Origin: an uncultured virus (IMG/VR IMGVR_UViG_3300032073_000001)
Lineage: Duplodnaviria > Heunggongvirae > Uroviricota > Caudoviricetes
Reading direction: 5' to 3' (one strand)
Length of the DNA: 64,000 nucleotides
IMG/VR virus record: IMGVR_UViG_3300032073_000001
Positions within the stretch are counted from its first letter, which is position 1. Every line of letters begins with the position of its first letter. This document shows positions 28,568-36,859 of the stretch, piece by piece. The notes below the pieces were generated by a model. The model made no database searches, was not told the DNA's origin, and was given only the letters and a program-made list of their open reading frames with translations. The position numbers and the translations under genes are program-made.

Positions 28568-29265
28568 TATTTCACCAAATTGAAATGTTGTTCGTACACA
28601 TGTAAATTTTGTACTTGCCAATATATGTCACCGATTTCTAAATCAATAACATTGAATACTTGATCACCTTCTGCAAATTCTTTTAGATCATCAAGTAACT
28701 GTTGTCTTGCTTCGATTTGCCATGCATAATCATTACGATATCCAAATATTACATCATTGGATCGCATTTGTACCACACAATGTAACTTATTATCACGAAT
28801 ATAATATGTGACTGCATTTGTGCATATAAAATCATTCTTGCCATTTTCTTTGTATTCTTCCCAAATAGATGGACGTGTATAAATCATTGCTGCTCTACGT
28901 GAATCAGGATTATTAAGCAGTTCATGCATTACCTTTGCGTGTTGATGATAATATTTACTACTATGAATTAAATGACCATAATTAGAATTAATTTCTCCAT
29001 GAACATTTGCTGTCATTTGCCATGCTTTAGGCGGTTCACGATCACCTTCGGGATATATATCGGTGATATTAGTTGATTGTGAATCATACCAATCTAATTC
29101 TTTATCGATATATTCATAATTAGGTACACCAAAGATTGCTTCTTCGTCTGCTAAAAACGAAGCACCAAGCATTTCGATTGTTTTACCTCCGTTTCTATCT
29201 TCAGTAAAATTATTACTGTTTAATTCACGTATAAAATAATCTCTAATTCCATCAATCTGCATCAT
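28567..29265 (-). CDS. 42: dCMP hydroxymethylase (T4 gp42-like)
   Basis: GASFLADE, GEINSNYG, DSRR, DFICTN, MRSNDVIFGYRNDYAWQ with cytosine-specifying Asp. Confidence 0.9.
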   Translation of the reverse strand: MMQIDGIRDYFIRELNSNNFTEDRNGGKTIEMLGASFLADEEAIFGVPNYEYIDKELDWYDSQSTNITDIYPEGDREPPKAWQMTANVHGEINSNYGHLIHSSKYYHQHAKVMHELLNNPDSRRAAMIYTRPSIWEEYKENGKNDFICTNAVTYYIRDNKLHCVVQMRSNDVIFGYRNDYAWQIEARQQLLDDLKEFAEGDQVFNVIDLEIGDIYWQVQNLHVYEQHFNLVK

Positions 29266-29596
29266 TCTTAATTCTCCTATTTAAAAAGTCATGATCTGGT
29301 TTTTGACCATCCATTGTACCACGACAATACGAGACGATAAAGCTACAATAATTAATCATATCTTTAGCCGAATCTTCTAGCGATTCAAAGTTTGGTTTAT
29401 ATTCGGGATCGTGTTGCATAGCTGCGATTACTGATTGCATTCGCAGCATTTTTGCATGATTAATATCAAGCAACGTCATAACACCATTTGGATAGTAATC
29501 TGCTTGCTTGATTTTAGAATTTGGATTCTGATAATCATTCGCTTTTTTAGTTTGAAGTTCAATGCATTCTTGCAGGACTTTAACTGATTCTCTCAT
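29252..29596 (-). CDS. DUF1599 / nucleotide-modification-associated domain protein
   Basis: KKANDY...K..R...EDSAKDMINY. Confidence 0.65.
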   Translation of the reverse strand: MRESVKVLQECIELQTKKANDYQNPNSKIKQADYYPNGVMTLLDINHAKMLRMQSVIAAMQHDPEYKPNFESLEDSAKDMINYCSFIVSYCRGTMDGQKPDHDFLNRRIKNDAD

Positions 29597-29627
29597 AATA
29601 TATTTCCATTATTTAATAGTTAGTACT

Positions 29628-29656
29628 ATTATACCACATTTTTAGGTGTTTGTACA
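29628..29656 (-). promoter_or_regulatory. sigma70-like promoter of DNA modification operon
   Basis: TGTACA-17 nt-TATAAT. Confidence 0.8.
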
Positions 29657-29665
29657 CCTTTATTT

Positions 29666-30184
29666 TTAACTTTTTTCTTCTAGATCTTGATGTGCTTGAA
29701 CCATCTGATCATCGATTGTAGGTGGTATTATACCTGCTTTTTCATAAGACATTTCAACTAAACCTTCATCGATCAATCTTTGACGATTAACCATATGTGC
29801 TGCTTGTGTATCTTCTTTAGAACCACCAAAATATGGTACAGCATGACCATCTTCGATTAAAGCTTCAGTTACGTTCTTCATTACACCGTTATGTTCAACT
29901 TGGAAATCACCTAAGATTCTTCCAAATTTACCTTTCATATCTTCACCGTTTTTATTGATTTGTGTTTTTAGTATTGCAGTTTCTCCTAACATATTTATTA
30001 ATGCTGCTTTGGCTGCTTTACCGAATACCTTTTCAACTTTATCTGAGGTTCTACTTTCTGGTGTATCTATTCCCATTATTCTAACTCTTTCATCATTTAA
30101 TTGAACTCCAAAACCTAAATCGATATCCACATCAACCGTGTCTCCGTCTATAACGCGTTCTATTTTTACTCTGTACTCGTACAT
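29666..30184 (-). CDS. SNase/thermonuclease-family nuclease
   Basis: RVIDGDT, RIMGIDTPE, KFGRIL. Confidence 0.88.
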   Translation of the reverse strand: MYEYRVKIERVIDGDTVDVDIDLGFGVQLNDERVRIMGIDTPESRTSDKVEKVFGKAAKAALINMLGETAILKTQINKNGEDMKGKFGRILGDFQVEHNGVMKNVTEALIEDGHAVPYFGGSKEDTQAAHMVNRQRLIDEGLVEMSYEKAGIIPPTIDDQMVQAHQDLEEKS

Positions 30185-30230
30185 AATAATCTCCCATGAT
30201 TATTGTTAAAGTACTATTTATAAAAATACG

Positions 30231-30773
30231 CTATTTATAGAAGATATGGTTATTAATTTCTACTGTTTGTTGAAGATAATCATTCCAATATGGATCTACA
30301 TGATCCGCATGATACCACAAAGCATCTTCTGTAATATCTTCATATGTACCATCTAGAATTCTATCGGCTAAAAGAATTGCTTTTATCCAAGTTTTAGAAT
30401 CTGTAGGTTTATCTGATTTACCATCACAAAACCAACTAAATTGACATTTATTCAAAATTGGAACCATATTTCCTTTCCAATTTTCTTGCCACTTTGCTTG
30501 ATATATTACATCACATATAGTATTTGGAAATTGTCCATCCTCTACTCTGTTCATTACTACATTTGCTACTGCTATTCTTCCTGCAAGAGGTTGATTGGCT
30601 GCTTCAAAATATATGTTTTGAGCTAAACATAGTCTACCTTCAGGTTGTTGAGATCCTTCTGCTTCTTCAATAGTAAAAAACAATGCTAAAAGGAAAATGC
30701 ATATCATAATGCATATATGAAATGGTACAAACCATTTTGAGCTTGAGCTCCAGATTGGGGGAATTTTTTTCAT
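30231..30773 (-). CDS. SleB/Hydrolase_2 cell-wall hydrolase with N-terminal TM
   Basis: CLAQNIYFEA, VANVVMNRV, CQFSWFCDGK, HIFY. Confidence 0.9.
   Translation of the reverse strand: MKKIPPIWSSSSKWFVPFHICIMICIFLLALFFTIEEAEGSQQPEGRLCLAQNIYFEAANQPLAGRIAVANVVMNRVEDGQFPNTICDVIYQAKWQENWKGNMVPILNKCQFSWFCDGKSDKPTDSKTWIKAILLADRILDGTYEDITEDALWYHADHVDPYWNDYLQQTVEINNHIFYK
30232..30239 (-). promoter_or_regulatory. T4-type late promoter upstream of SNase gene
   Basis: TATAAATA. Confidence 0.6.
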
Positions 30774-30777
30774 GATA

Positions 30778-31695
30778 TTACCTACTATTAGCAAATACAA
30801 ACTCAATAGCTCGTTCTGCTTCTTTTTCAATTGGACGTTTTAAATACCAATTTCCAGTTTCGCTGTCCAAATCGCGAACTAAAAATTCGATTTCTTTTGC
30901 GGTTATTGGATAACCACGAGATGTCGCATTTCCTGCGATAGAAACCATTATTTGATACATTCCATAGTACCAACCACCTGATGTTGTTCTTTTATATTCT
31001 TCTACTTTCTTTTGATTAACAAATGGACAATCAGAATAACCTGTCCATGTATAATCGGTATTTGTTAATCTTGATTTACGATCTTTTATTATAGCTTCAC
31101 GTATTGCTGGAGGGAAATTTGCAAACATACCTTGATTAGGTTCAATATATGTATGTTTACTCATAAGATCTAATGGATTCATTAGATCACCATCATGTGA
31201 AAAGATAAAATTAAAACTATCTTTATATTGATTAGGAACATAATACATTCTACTTAGATCTTTAGTTTGTGCATCGGCAATATCTCCGATTTCTTTATTT
31301 AATGCAAACCAAAAATGTTTTATATCAACTTTGTTAATAGCAGATGTAAGAGGAAAAACCAACCGAAACTTAGGATGGTTAATACTAGAACTTGCAGTGC
31401 TATAACACACATACTTATAAGCTTCATACGTTTTTTCTATATCTTTTATATCACCGATATAATCATCAACATCTACAATACCAAAACCACCCCATGAAAC
31501 TACATTATCATTCGCTCTTGTTGTATCTGGCAAATATGTTGCTGGACTTATTAACGGAGCTTGTTTTTTTGTAGGATACTTATCTGATGCGGCAAGTCGA
31601 TAAAGAACAGATTCGAACTCGTCAAACGAATTATAATCCATTCTTTTATCGGTTTTGTTATCGTATATCGAATCAAATATCGTTAAACTTACCAT
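30778..31695 (-). CDS. archaeo-eukaryotic-type primase/PrimPol-like protein
   Basis: R.NDNV, DVDD, YSTASS...PKFRLVFPL, D.QTKDLSRMYY. Confidence 0.7.
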   Translation of the reverse strand: MVSLTIFDSIYDNKTDKRMDYNSFDEFESVLYRLAASDKYPTKKQAPLISPATYLPDTTRANDNVVSWGGFGIVDVDDYIGDIKDIEKTYEAYKYVCYSTASSSINHPKFRLVFPLTSAINKVDIKHFWFALNKEIGDIADAQTKDLSRMYYVPNQYKDSFNFIFSHDGDLMNPLDLMSKHTYIEPNQGMFANFPPAIREAIIKDRKSRLTNTDYTWTGYSDCPFVNQKKVEEYKRTTSGGWYYGMYQIMVSIAGNATSRGYPITAKEIEFLVRDLDSETGNWYLKRPIEKEAERAIEFVFANSR

Positions 31696-32074
31696 GATTA
31701 CCTTTATGACTTGGAGCTTTCCAATCTTCAGGTTTTACGAGATCAGGAACTCCGAGTGGATTTGGTCTAGATGATTTTTTACCAACTTCCTTTGCCATAT
31801 TTGCTTTTAGTACTTCGTCCCATGCATTATACGCATTAATATCAAATGCATCTAATGTACCAATAGCTACAACGCAAAGATCAATTAATCCATCGACTAA
31901 TTCTTCTGGATCGTTATTAGCAAAAGCTTTAACGGTTTCAGTTAGCTCTTCTTCTAAAAAATCTAATCTAAATGCTAGAAAATCTTTTAATTTATCTGGA
32001 TTATCACGTACCCATTTGCGAGTGCCATAATGACCTTGCATGTTCATGATATCAAAAACCCAATTATTACTCAT
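31673..32074 (-). CDS. MazG/PRA-PH-like (d)NTP pyrophosphohydrolase
   Basis: EEELTE...ELVDGLIDL, ANMAK, KPEDWKAP. Confidence 0.85.
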   Translation of the reverse strand: MSNNWVFDIMNMQGHYGTRKWVRDNPDKLKDFLAFRLDFLEEELTETVKAFANNDPEELVDGLIDLCVVAIGTLDAFDINAYNAWDEVLKANMAKEVGKKSSRPNPLGVPDLVKPEDWKAPSHKGNHGKFNDI

Positions 32075-32075
32075 T

Positions 32076-32360
32076 TTAAACTCCTACAAGCTTAGTATCT
32101 GGCACAATGACTCCACCGAATCTTTCTTTATGTGCATTTGACATTTGATCTACGGCATCAACCATAAACATTACATGTTGTTTATCGATCGTAACACCTT
32201 TATTAATTTCAGTATAAGGCATATATTCAGCAACACCGATTTTACCTTCACCTGTTGGAACCATTATTAAAACATCGGTTACCGTTATAGAGCTTTCTTC
32301 TTCACCTTTAACGTTACAGAGAAGCTCTTCACCTGAAACTAAGCGTACTAATTTAATCAT
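32076..32360 (-). CDS. Sm-like conserved T4-like hypothetical protein
   Basis: IKLVRLVSGEELL, YMPY. Confidence 0.7.
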   Translation of the reverse strand: MIKLVRLVSGEELLCNVKGEEESSITVTDVLIMVPTGEGKIGVAEYMPYTEINKGVTIDKQHVMFMVDAVDQMSNAHKERFGGVIVPDTKLVGV

Positions 32361-32383
32361 ACTATTTTCCTATGTTGGGGTAT

Positions 32384-32412
32384 ATTATACCACATGTGTG
32401 AGGCTTTGTACA
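32384..32412 (-). promoter_or_regulatory. sigma70-like promoter
   Basis: TGTACA-17 nt-TATAAT. Confidence 0.8.
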
Positions 32413-32417
32413 TGCTT

Positions 32418-34949
32418 TTATGCAAAAAAGTCATCTAGAGTTGATACCTCTTCTGAGTTCCATCCGATAGCCTCTAAGATCGGATCGATTGAATCTAAAA
32501 ACGTTTTCTTGAATTGTAACTCGTAATCAATGTATTTATGAAGACCGAATTCTTCAGGTAGATACGAAGGAAATGATATTACATTTTCGCGAATTGGATT
32601 TGGTATACGAAGATAGATGAATTTAATCTTTTCACCGTTTTGTATACGTTCGTATTTTTGTACAAGAGATTTATCTTGCAATTCTTTGTTGTAGAGTAAT
32701 CCTCCACGTACGTGAATAGGAGTACCTTTTTTGTATATTGATTGTTTGTCTTTAAATGCTGAAAGTTTAGTTACACCACGAGGGAATGCGACTTCTTCTG
32801 GTGGTAATGTTTTGAAATAAGTTTTGAATTGATTAATAGAAGTTTGTACTGATGATTCATTACCAGTAACAATAACTTTGAATATCTGTTTTAATGCTTC
32901 TCGACATGGTGCTGGTGTAGAAGATTTAATAGCTTCAATACCCATAATTTTAAGTTTAGGATCTGAATAACGAACACCTTCGTTATCAAACACATTAAGA
33001 ATATAACGTTTTTTGGCAGTCCATATACCAACATCTGCGATCACTTCACGTTTCATTACCATTTTATTTTCGATACCACCAAGTAAACCAAACAATTCAG
33101 AATACGATTTTTCGAGAATTGGTTCGAGTTTATCTTGACAGACTTTATCTAAGAAATCAATTGGATTTGAAGGATTAACTGCTTTGACTAGATCATCTAA
33201 GCATACATACACTGAGTCTGTGTCGATTGCCAATACATAATCTTTTGGTGTCTTAGGTTTAAGCACGGATTGTAAGTAGGTGTTAAGTGCCAATTCGGCC
33301 CATCGAATTGTAAGCTGTCCAGTGAGGGTAATTGCTTCTGCAATTCTTTGGTCGAAAAACCTGAAGTATCTGTTGCCCAAAGCACCGTAAAGAGAATTAA
33401 GCAACAACTTAATAGCCATTTGTTGGTTTTCGTTAATCGCAATATCTCGTTCGATTCTGTATAATTCTTGTTTGTCATCTTTGTTAACCTGCTGTAATTC
33501 TTGTTGAGCATTAAGCATAGCACGTTTAATGCTTACACGCTCGTCGTACATACCTTCGATAATAGTCGGTAATATACCTTTTTTATTTATATTAAAATGT
33601 TGACCATTTGCAGCAACACATTCTCCTGGACAATCGATCGAGAAAGTTCTACCTGTTGCTTTTGCATTTAGTACTTTGTCAACATCAATACCAGAAACAT
33701 TACCGTTCATAATAGTTTCAGGAGACATATTATATTGCATAATGATAGATGGATATAGAGAATTTAAGTCAAAACTAACTACGTTTTTATGCATGCCAAC
33801 AATAGGATCTTTTACGAAACCACCAGGATATGCTGACTTAATCTTTTCTTCTGCGAAAGGAACTATAACTTTTTTGTCGTAAAGGTTACGAAATATAATA
33901 GAATCCCATATTGCAGTTGTACCAAATGTATCACCATAATTAACACCACCACGATAAGCCATTGTCACTGCGAGAGTAATAAGTCCAAGCTTATCTTCTA
34001 AACGATCAACTAATTCAACGTCTTTGATATTATAATCTATGAATTTTTGATAATCGAATTTGTATAGATCGAATAATCCACTATGTTCTTCGTATGATAA
34101 CTTACGTTCACCGAGAACAACATGAGCAATATGATCTAGTTTATATGATTCTTGAGGACCATACGAATGACCAAACTTTTTGAATAATTCGAGATAGTCC
34201 ATTTGAGAAATACCTTGAATCTCATATGCAGTTTGTTTACGTTGCATAATTGTAACTTCACGTGCATCGATTAATCCCCATGGAGATAACTTTTTAGCCC
34301 ACTGATCATCGAGTATACGAATCGTACGATTAATGATATACGGTATGTCAAAGAATCGCGTGTTCCAACCAGTAATTACATCTGGACAATGTGCGTCTGA
34401 TGACCAATGTGTGATAAAATCAACGAGAAGCGCTGCTTCTGATTCACATTTTTTATAGACCACGCGATGTGATTTCATAATAGAGTTTGTAACATCATAG
34501 TCACCACAACCCCATACGTAATAAGTATTGTCTTTATTGTTTTTGATTGTGATCGCAGTGATTTCATGTAGAGCTTCGTCTGGCTCAGGGAAACCTTGAT
34601 CTGATGCAACTTCGATATCAATTGAAGTTACGTTAATTGCATTACGATCGAATTGAATATCACCAGGATATTCGTCTTGAATATATGTAGATATGTATCT
34701 TATGTTGCCATAGATCTGTCTACCTGCAACATGTTTGTTTTGTTGAATCCACTCTTTGGCATCACGCATTGAGTCCATTGGGACAGGAGCAACAGGTTTA
34801 CCATCAAGAGATGTCCATTGCGTTTCTTTAGGTGTTGTTACAAAAAGAGTAGGTTTGTATTTGATTTTTTTACGAACTGCATTACCATGATCATAACCAC
34901 GATAAAGAAGCATATTGCCATAACGACTTACATTAGTATAGAATTTCAC
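32418..34949 (-). CDS. 43: family B DNA polymerase gp43
   Basis: DIEV exo, SFDLNSLYPS, KLLLNSLYG, DTDS, C-terminal clamp-binding LDDFF. Confidence 0.97.
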   Translation of the reverse strand: MKFYTNVSRYGNMLLYRGYDHGNAVRKKIKYKPTLFVTTPKETQWTSLDGKPVAPVPMDSMRDAKEWIQQNKHVAGRQIYGNIRYISTYIQDEYPGDIQFDRNAINVTSIDIEVASDQGFPEPDEALHEITAITIKNNKDNTYYVWGCGDYDVTNSIMKSHRVVYKKCESEAALLVDFITHWSSDAHCPDVITGWNTRFFDIPYIINRTIRILDDQWAKKLSPWGLIDAREVTIMQRKQTAYEIQGISQMDYLELFKKFGHSYGPQESYKLDHIAHVVLGERKLSYEEHSGLFDLYKFDYQKFIDYNIKDVELVDRLEDKLGLITLAVTMAYRGGVNYGDTFGTTAIWDSIIFRNLYDKKVIVPFAEEKIKSAYPGGFVKDPIVGMHKNVVSFDLNSLYPSIIMQYNMSPETIMNGNVSGIDVDKVLNAKATGRTFSIDCPGECVAANGQHFNINKKGILPTIIEGMYDERVSIKRAMLNAQQELQQVNKDDKQELYRIERDIAINENQQMAIKLLLNSLYGALGNRYFRFFDQRIAEAITLTGQLTIRWAELALNTYLQSVLKPKTPKDYVLAIDTDSVYVCLDDLVKAVNPSNPIDFLDKVCQDKLEPILEKSYSELFGLLGGIENKMVMKREVIADVGIWTAKKRYILNVFDNEGVRYSDPKLKIMGIEAIKSSTPAPCREALKQIFKVIVTGNESSVQTSINQFKTYFKTLPPEEVAFPRGVTKLSAFKDKQSIYKKGTPIHVRGGLLYNKELQDKSLVQKYERIQNGEKIKFIYLRIPNPIRENVISFPSYLPEEFGLHKYIDYELQFKKTFLDSIDPILEAIGWNSEEVSTLDDFFA

Positions 34950-34984
34950 AAATCACCATAATTTTATATTTTATCACAGGGTAT

Positions 34985-35013
34985 ATTATACCACACTTTT
35001 CATTATATGTACA
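34985..35013 (-). promoter_or_regulatory. sigma70-like promoter of gene 43
   Basis: TGTACA-17 nt-TATAAT. Confidence 0.8.
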
Positions 35014-35062
35014 TGCTTTATTTCGTTGGGGAGAAAATTAATTCCTCCCCGCAGAAAAAAGA

Positions 35063-35185
35063 TTATAGATAGCTCATAGATGCAACTGCGATCATGGCTG
35101 GTGCTAATCCTATTGTAAAGATTAGTATGCCAATGAACTCAACTGCGGATCTGATGCCATCTTTGTGCTTACGTATGTAGCCCAT
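35063..35185 (-). CDS. 40-aa membrane peptide (not in ORF track)
   Basis: GGAG RBS; MGYIRKHKDGIRSAVEFIGILIFTIGLAPAMIAVASMSYL. Confidence 0.65.
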   Translation of the reverse strand: MGYIRKHKDGIRSAVEFIGILIFTIGLAPAMIAVASMSYL

Positions 35186-35243
35186 AATTAACTCCAGTAA
35201 ATAGTTTTATTACCATCTACTGTTACTTTCGCTAATTGAAAAT

Positions 35244-35702
35244 TTATTCTTGAATAAATTCTTTCTTCGTTGATTTCCCAGTAGATCCTATGTTGATCTT
35301 CCTAGGTCGCTTCTCTTCTGGAAGTTCTACTCTTAAATCAATAACGAGTATTCCATCCACTAGATTAGCCCCATCTACTACCACAAATTCTGAGATGCGG
35401 AAGCTTTTCTCAAATTTGCGTGACGAGATCCCTTTATGCACATAAGCTCTATCCGCTTCAGAAGTTTCACCACTTATTGCTAAGATGCCTTCTTTAACTT
35501 CTATGTTTATATCCTCTTCAGCAAAACCTGCAACTGCAAGTTCTATTAAAAACTTTTCGTCGTCTATTTTAACTATATTATGAGGGGGATAATTATCTCC
35601 GGATCTAGCGGAGCCGTGAATACGTTCTAAGTCATCAAACAAATGTTCGAATCCTACAAAAAGTGAACGAGGTACATGCATTTTTATATTATTTCTTGTC
35701 AT
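35244..35702 (-). CDS. small heat-shock protein Hsp20 (IbpA-like)
   Basis: NYPPHNI, IELAVAGF, HKGIS.R.F, DGIL. Confidence 0.93.
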   Translation of the reverse strand: MTRNNIKMHVPRSLFVGFEHLFDDLERIHGSARSGDNYPPHNIVKIDDEKFLIELAVAGFAEEDINIEVKEGILAISGETSEADRAYVHKGISSRKFEKSFRISEFVVVDGANLVDGILVIDLRVELPEEKRPRKINIGSTGKSTKKEFIQE

Positions 35703-35760
35703 AATTTTTTCTCCTATTTAAAGCAAGATTAGTAATATGGTCTCCATAATTGGACAACCG
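35703..35760 (-). promoter_or_regulatory. ROSE-like RNA thermometer
   Basis: TCTTGCT-TTAAAT-AGGAGA: U(U/C)GCU pairs with SD; 5' helper hairpin. Confidence 0.6.
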
Positions 35761-35764
35761 GTTA

Positions 35765-35772
35765 TATTTATA
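35765..35772 (-). promoter_or_regulatory. T4-type late promoter of hsp20
   Basis: TATAAATA. Confidence 0.75.
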
Positions 35773-35812
35773 CAACTTTATGCTTTAGTTATATAAATGT
35801 TTAGTTTTTTTA

Positions 35813-35820
35813 TATAAATA
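35813..35820 (+). promoter_or_regulatory. T4-type late promoter, plus strand
   Basis: TATAAATA divergent from hsp20 promoter. Confidence 0.6.
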
Positions 35821-35829
35821 TTACTATAT

Positions 35830-35922
35830 ATGAATAAAAAACTAACAAAAATATTTAACAAGATACACAAATTTATGAAATCAGGAAGACTTAATAAGGT
35901 AATTAAAACCTATATTGTTTAA
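35830..35922 (+). CDS. 30-aa basic amphipathic peptide (not in ORF track)
   Basis: MNKKLTKIFNKIHKFMKSGRLNKVIKTYIV fills the gap after a late promoter. Confidence 0.5.
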   Translation: MNKKLTKIFNKIHKFMKSGRLNKVIKTYIV

Positions 35923-36341
35923 TCTTTACTATTTCCTATATTATACTTAGGACACAGTTCCCATAAACTCTTATCTTTAAACGGAATCACTTTGATTTGT
36001 CTTAATGGAGCTATGTTTTTTGCCTGATTAGGATCTATCATTGTAATAAGTCCCCAATCCGCTAACAATGTCGCTATTGTGTTTCTTCTTTCTATATCGT
36101 TTTCTATCAAATTAGAAGGTTTCCCATCTAATAGAAATAATTCTTTAAAATGAACAATAAAATATCTACCTTGTTTATGTAAAATATGACAAGATTGAAA
36201 TAGTTTATTTTCTTTTCGTGAAGCTACTCCGATACGAGTAAGTGTTTCTCTGACCTTTAAAAAATCGTCAGGTTCGTTGAGTGTAACTTCAAGCATTTTG
36301 CTTGGAGCCCACTGATGTATTGCGTTATTTTGTTCTTCCAC
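35919..36341 (-). CDS. regA: translational repressor RegA
   Basis: PDDFLKVRETLTRIG, QSCHILHKQGRYFIVHFKE. Confidence 0.96.
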   Translation of the reverse strand: MEEQNNAIHQWAPSKMLEVTLNEPDDFLKVRETLTRIGVASRKENKLFQSCHILHKQGRYFIVHFKELFLLDGKPSNLIENDIERRNTIATLLADWGLITMIDPNQAKNIAPLRQIKVIPFKDKSLWELCPKYNIGNSKD

Positions 36342-36714
36342 CTTTGTAAATCCTATTTTTCAATGTTAGTAATTCTTCATTACTGAATAAATTAAGTACA
36401 GATTTAGCTTTGTCATCGCTATAACCATAATATTCTTTAATGACTTCTAAATTCTCTATCTCGGTGGCTTTAGTCCACTTAGAGAATCTTTTTCGTTTCT
36501 TAATTATATTTATAAAAAAATCGAATTGAAGACGCGCATCTATATGATGGTTTATATTCATTTCATTAGCATACAAAATGGTATCGGGGAAGAAAGACAA
36601 CGAGCGATTTACTAAGAAAGAATTGTATTCCTTCTCAGCAAGATCATCAACCATAATATCTTTTTTGGTCAGATTAATTGCTTTACTATATTCAAATGGA
36701 TTCATTAGACTCAT
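36325..36714 (-). CDS. 62: clamp loader small subunit gp62
   Basis: NRSLS, ANEMN, KRFSKW, YYGYS. Confidence 0.9.
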   Translation of the reverse strand: MSLMNPFEYSKAINLTKKDIMVDDLAEKEYNSFLVNRSLSFFPDTILYANEMNINHHIDARLQFDFFINIIKKRKRFSKWTKATEIENLEVIKEYYGYSDDKAKSVLNLFSNEELLTLKNRIYKGGRTK

Positions 36715-36859
36715 TCTCTTTTTTTAGCCTATATTCTTGTGCTTCAAACATTGTATCAAACAAACGTTCATGACGAACAACATTGGTTTCATCAAAACCC
36801 TGAACTCTGTATTTCTTTTTTTCTCCTTCGAAGTGGACTTTTACTATATCGTATTTCAT
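36692..36859 (-). CDS. hypothetical protein inserted between genes 44 and 62
   Basis: start MKYDIV overlapping gene 44 stop. Confidence 0.6.
   Translation of the reverse strand: MKYDIVKVHFEGEKKKYRVQGFDETNVVRHERLFDTMFEAQEYRLKKENESNESI

Noticed and set aside
28567..29265. ThyA or dUMP hydroxymethylase call
   Set aside because: Has the gp42-type RNDYAW Asp and N-terminal gp42 motifs; ThyX is present separately
35027..35050. Hairpins at 35027-35050, 38080-38094 and 55101-55123 as intrinsic terminators
   Set aside because: No U-tract follows on the coding strand; more likely stabilising or processing stems
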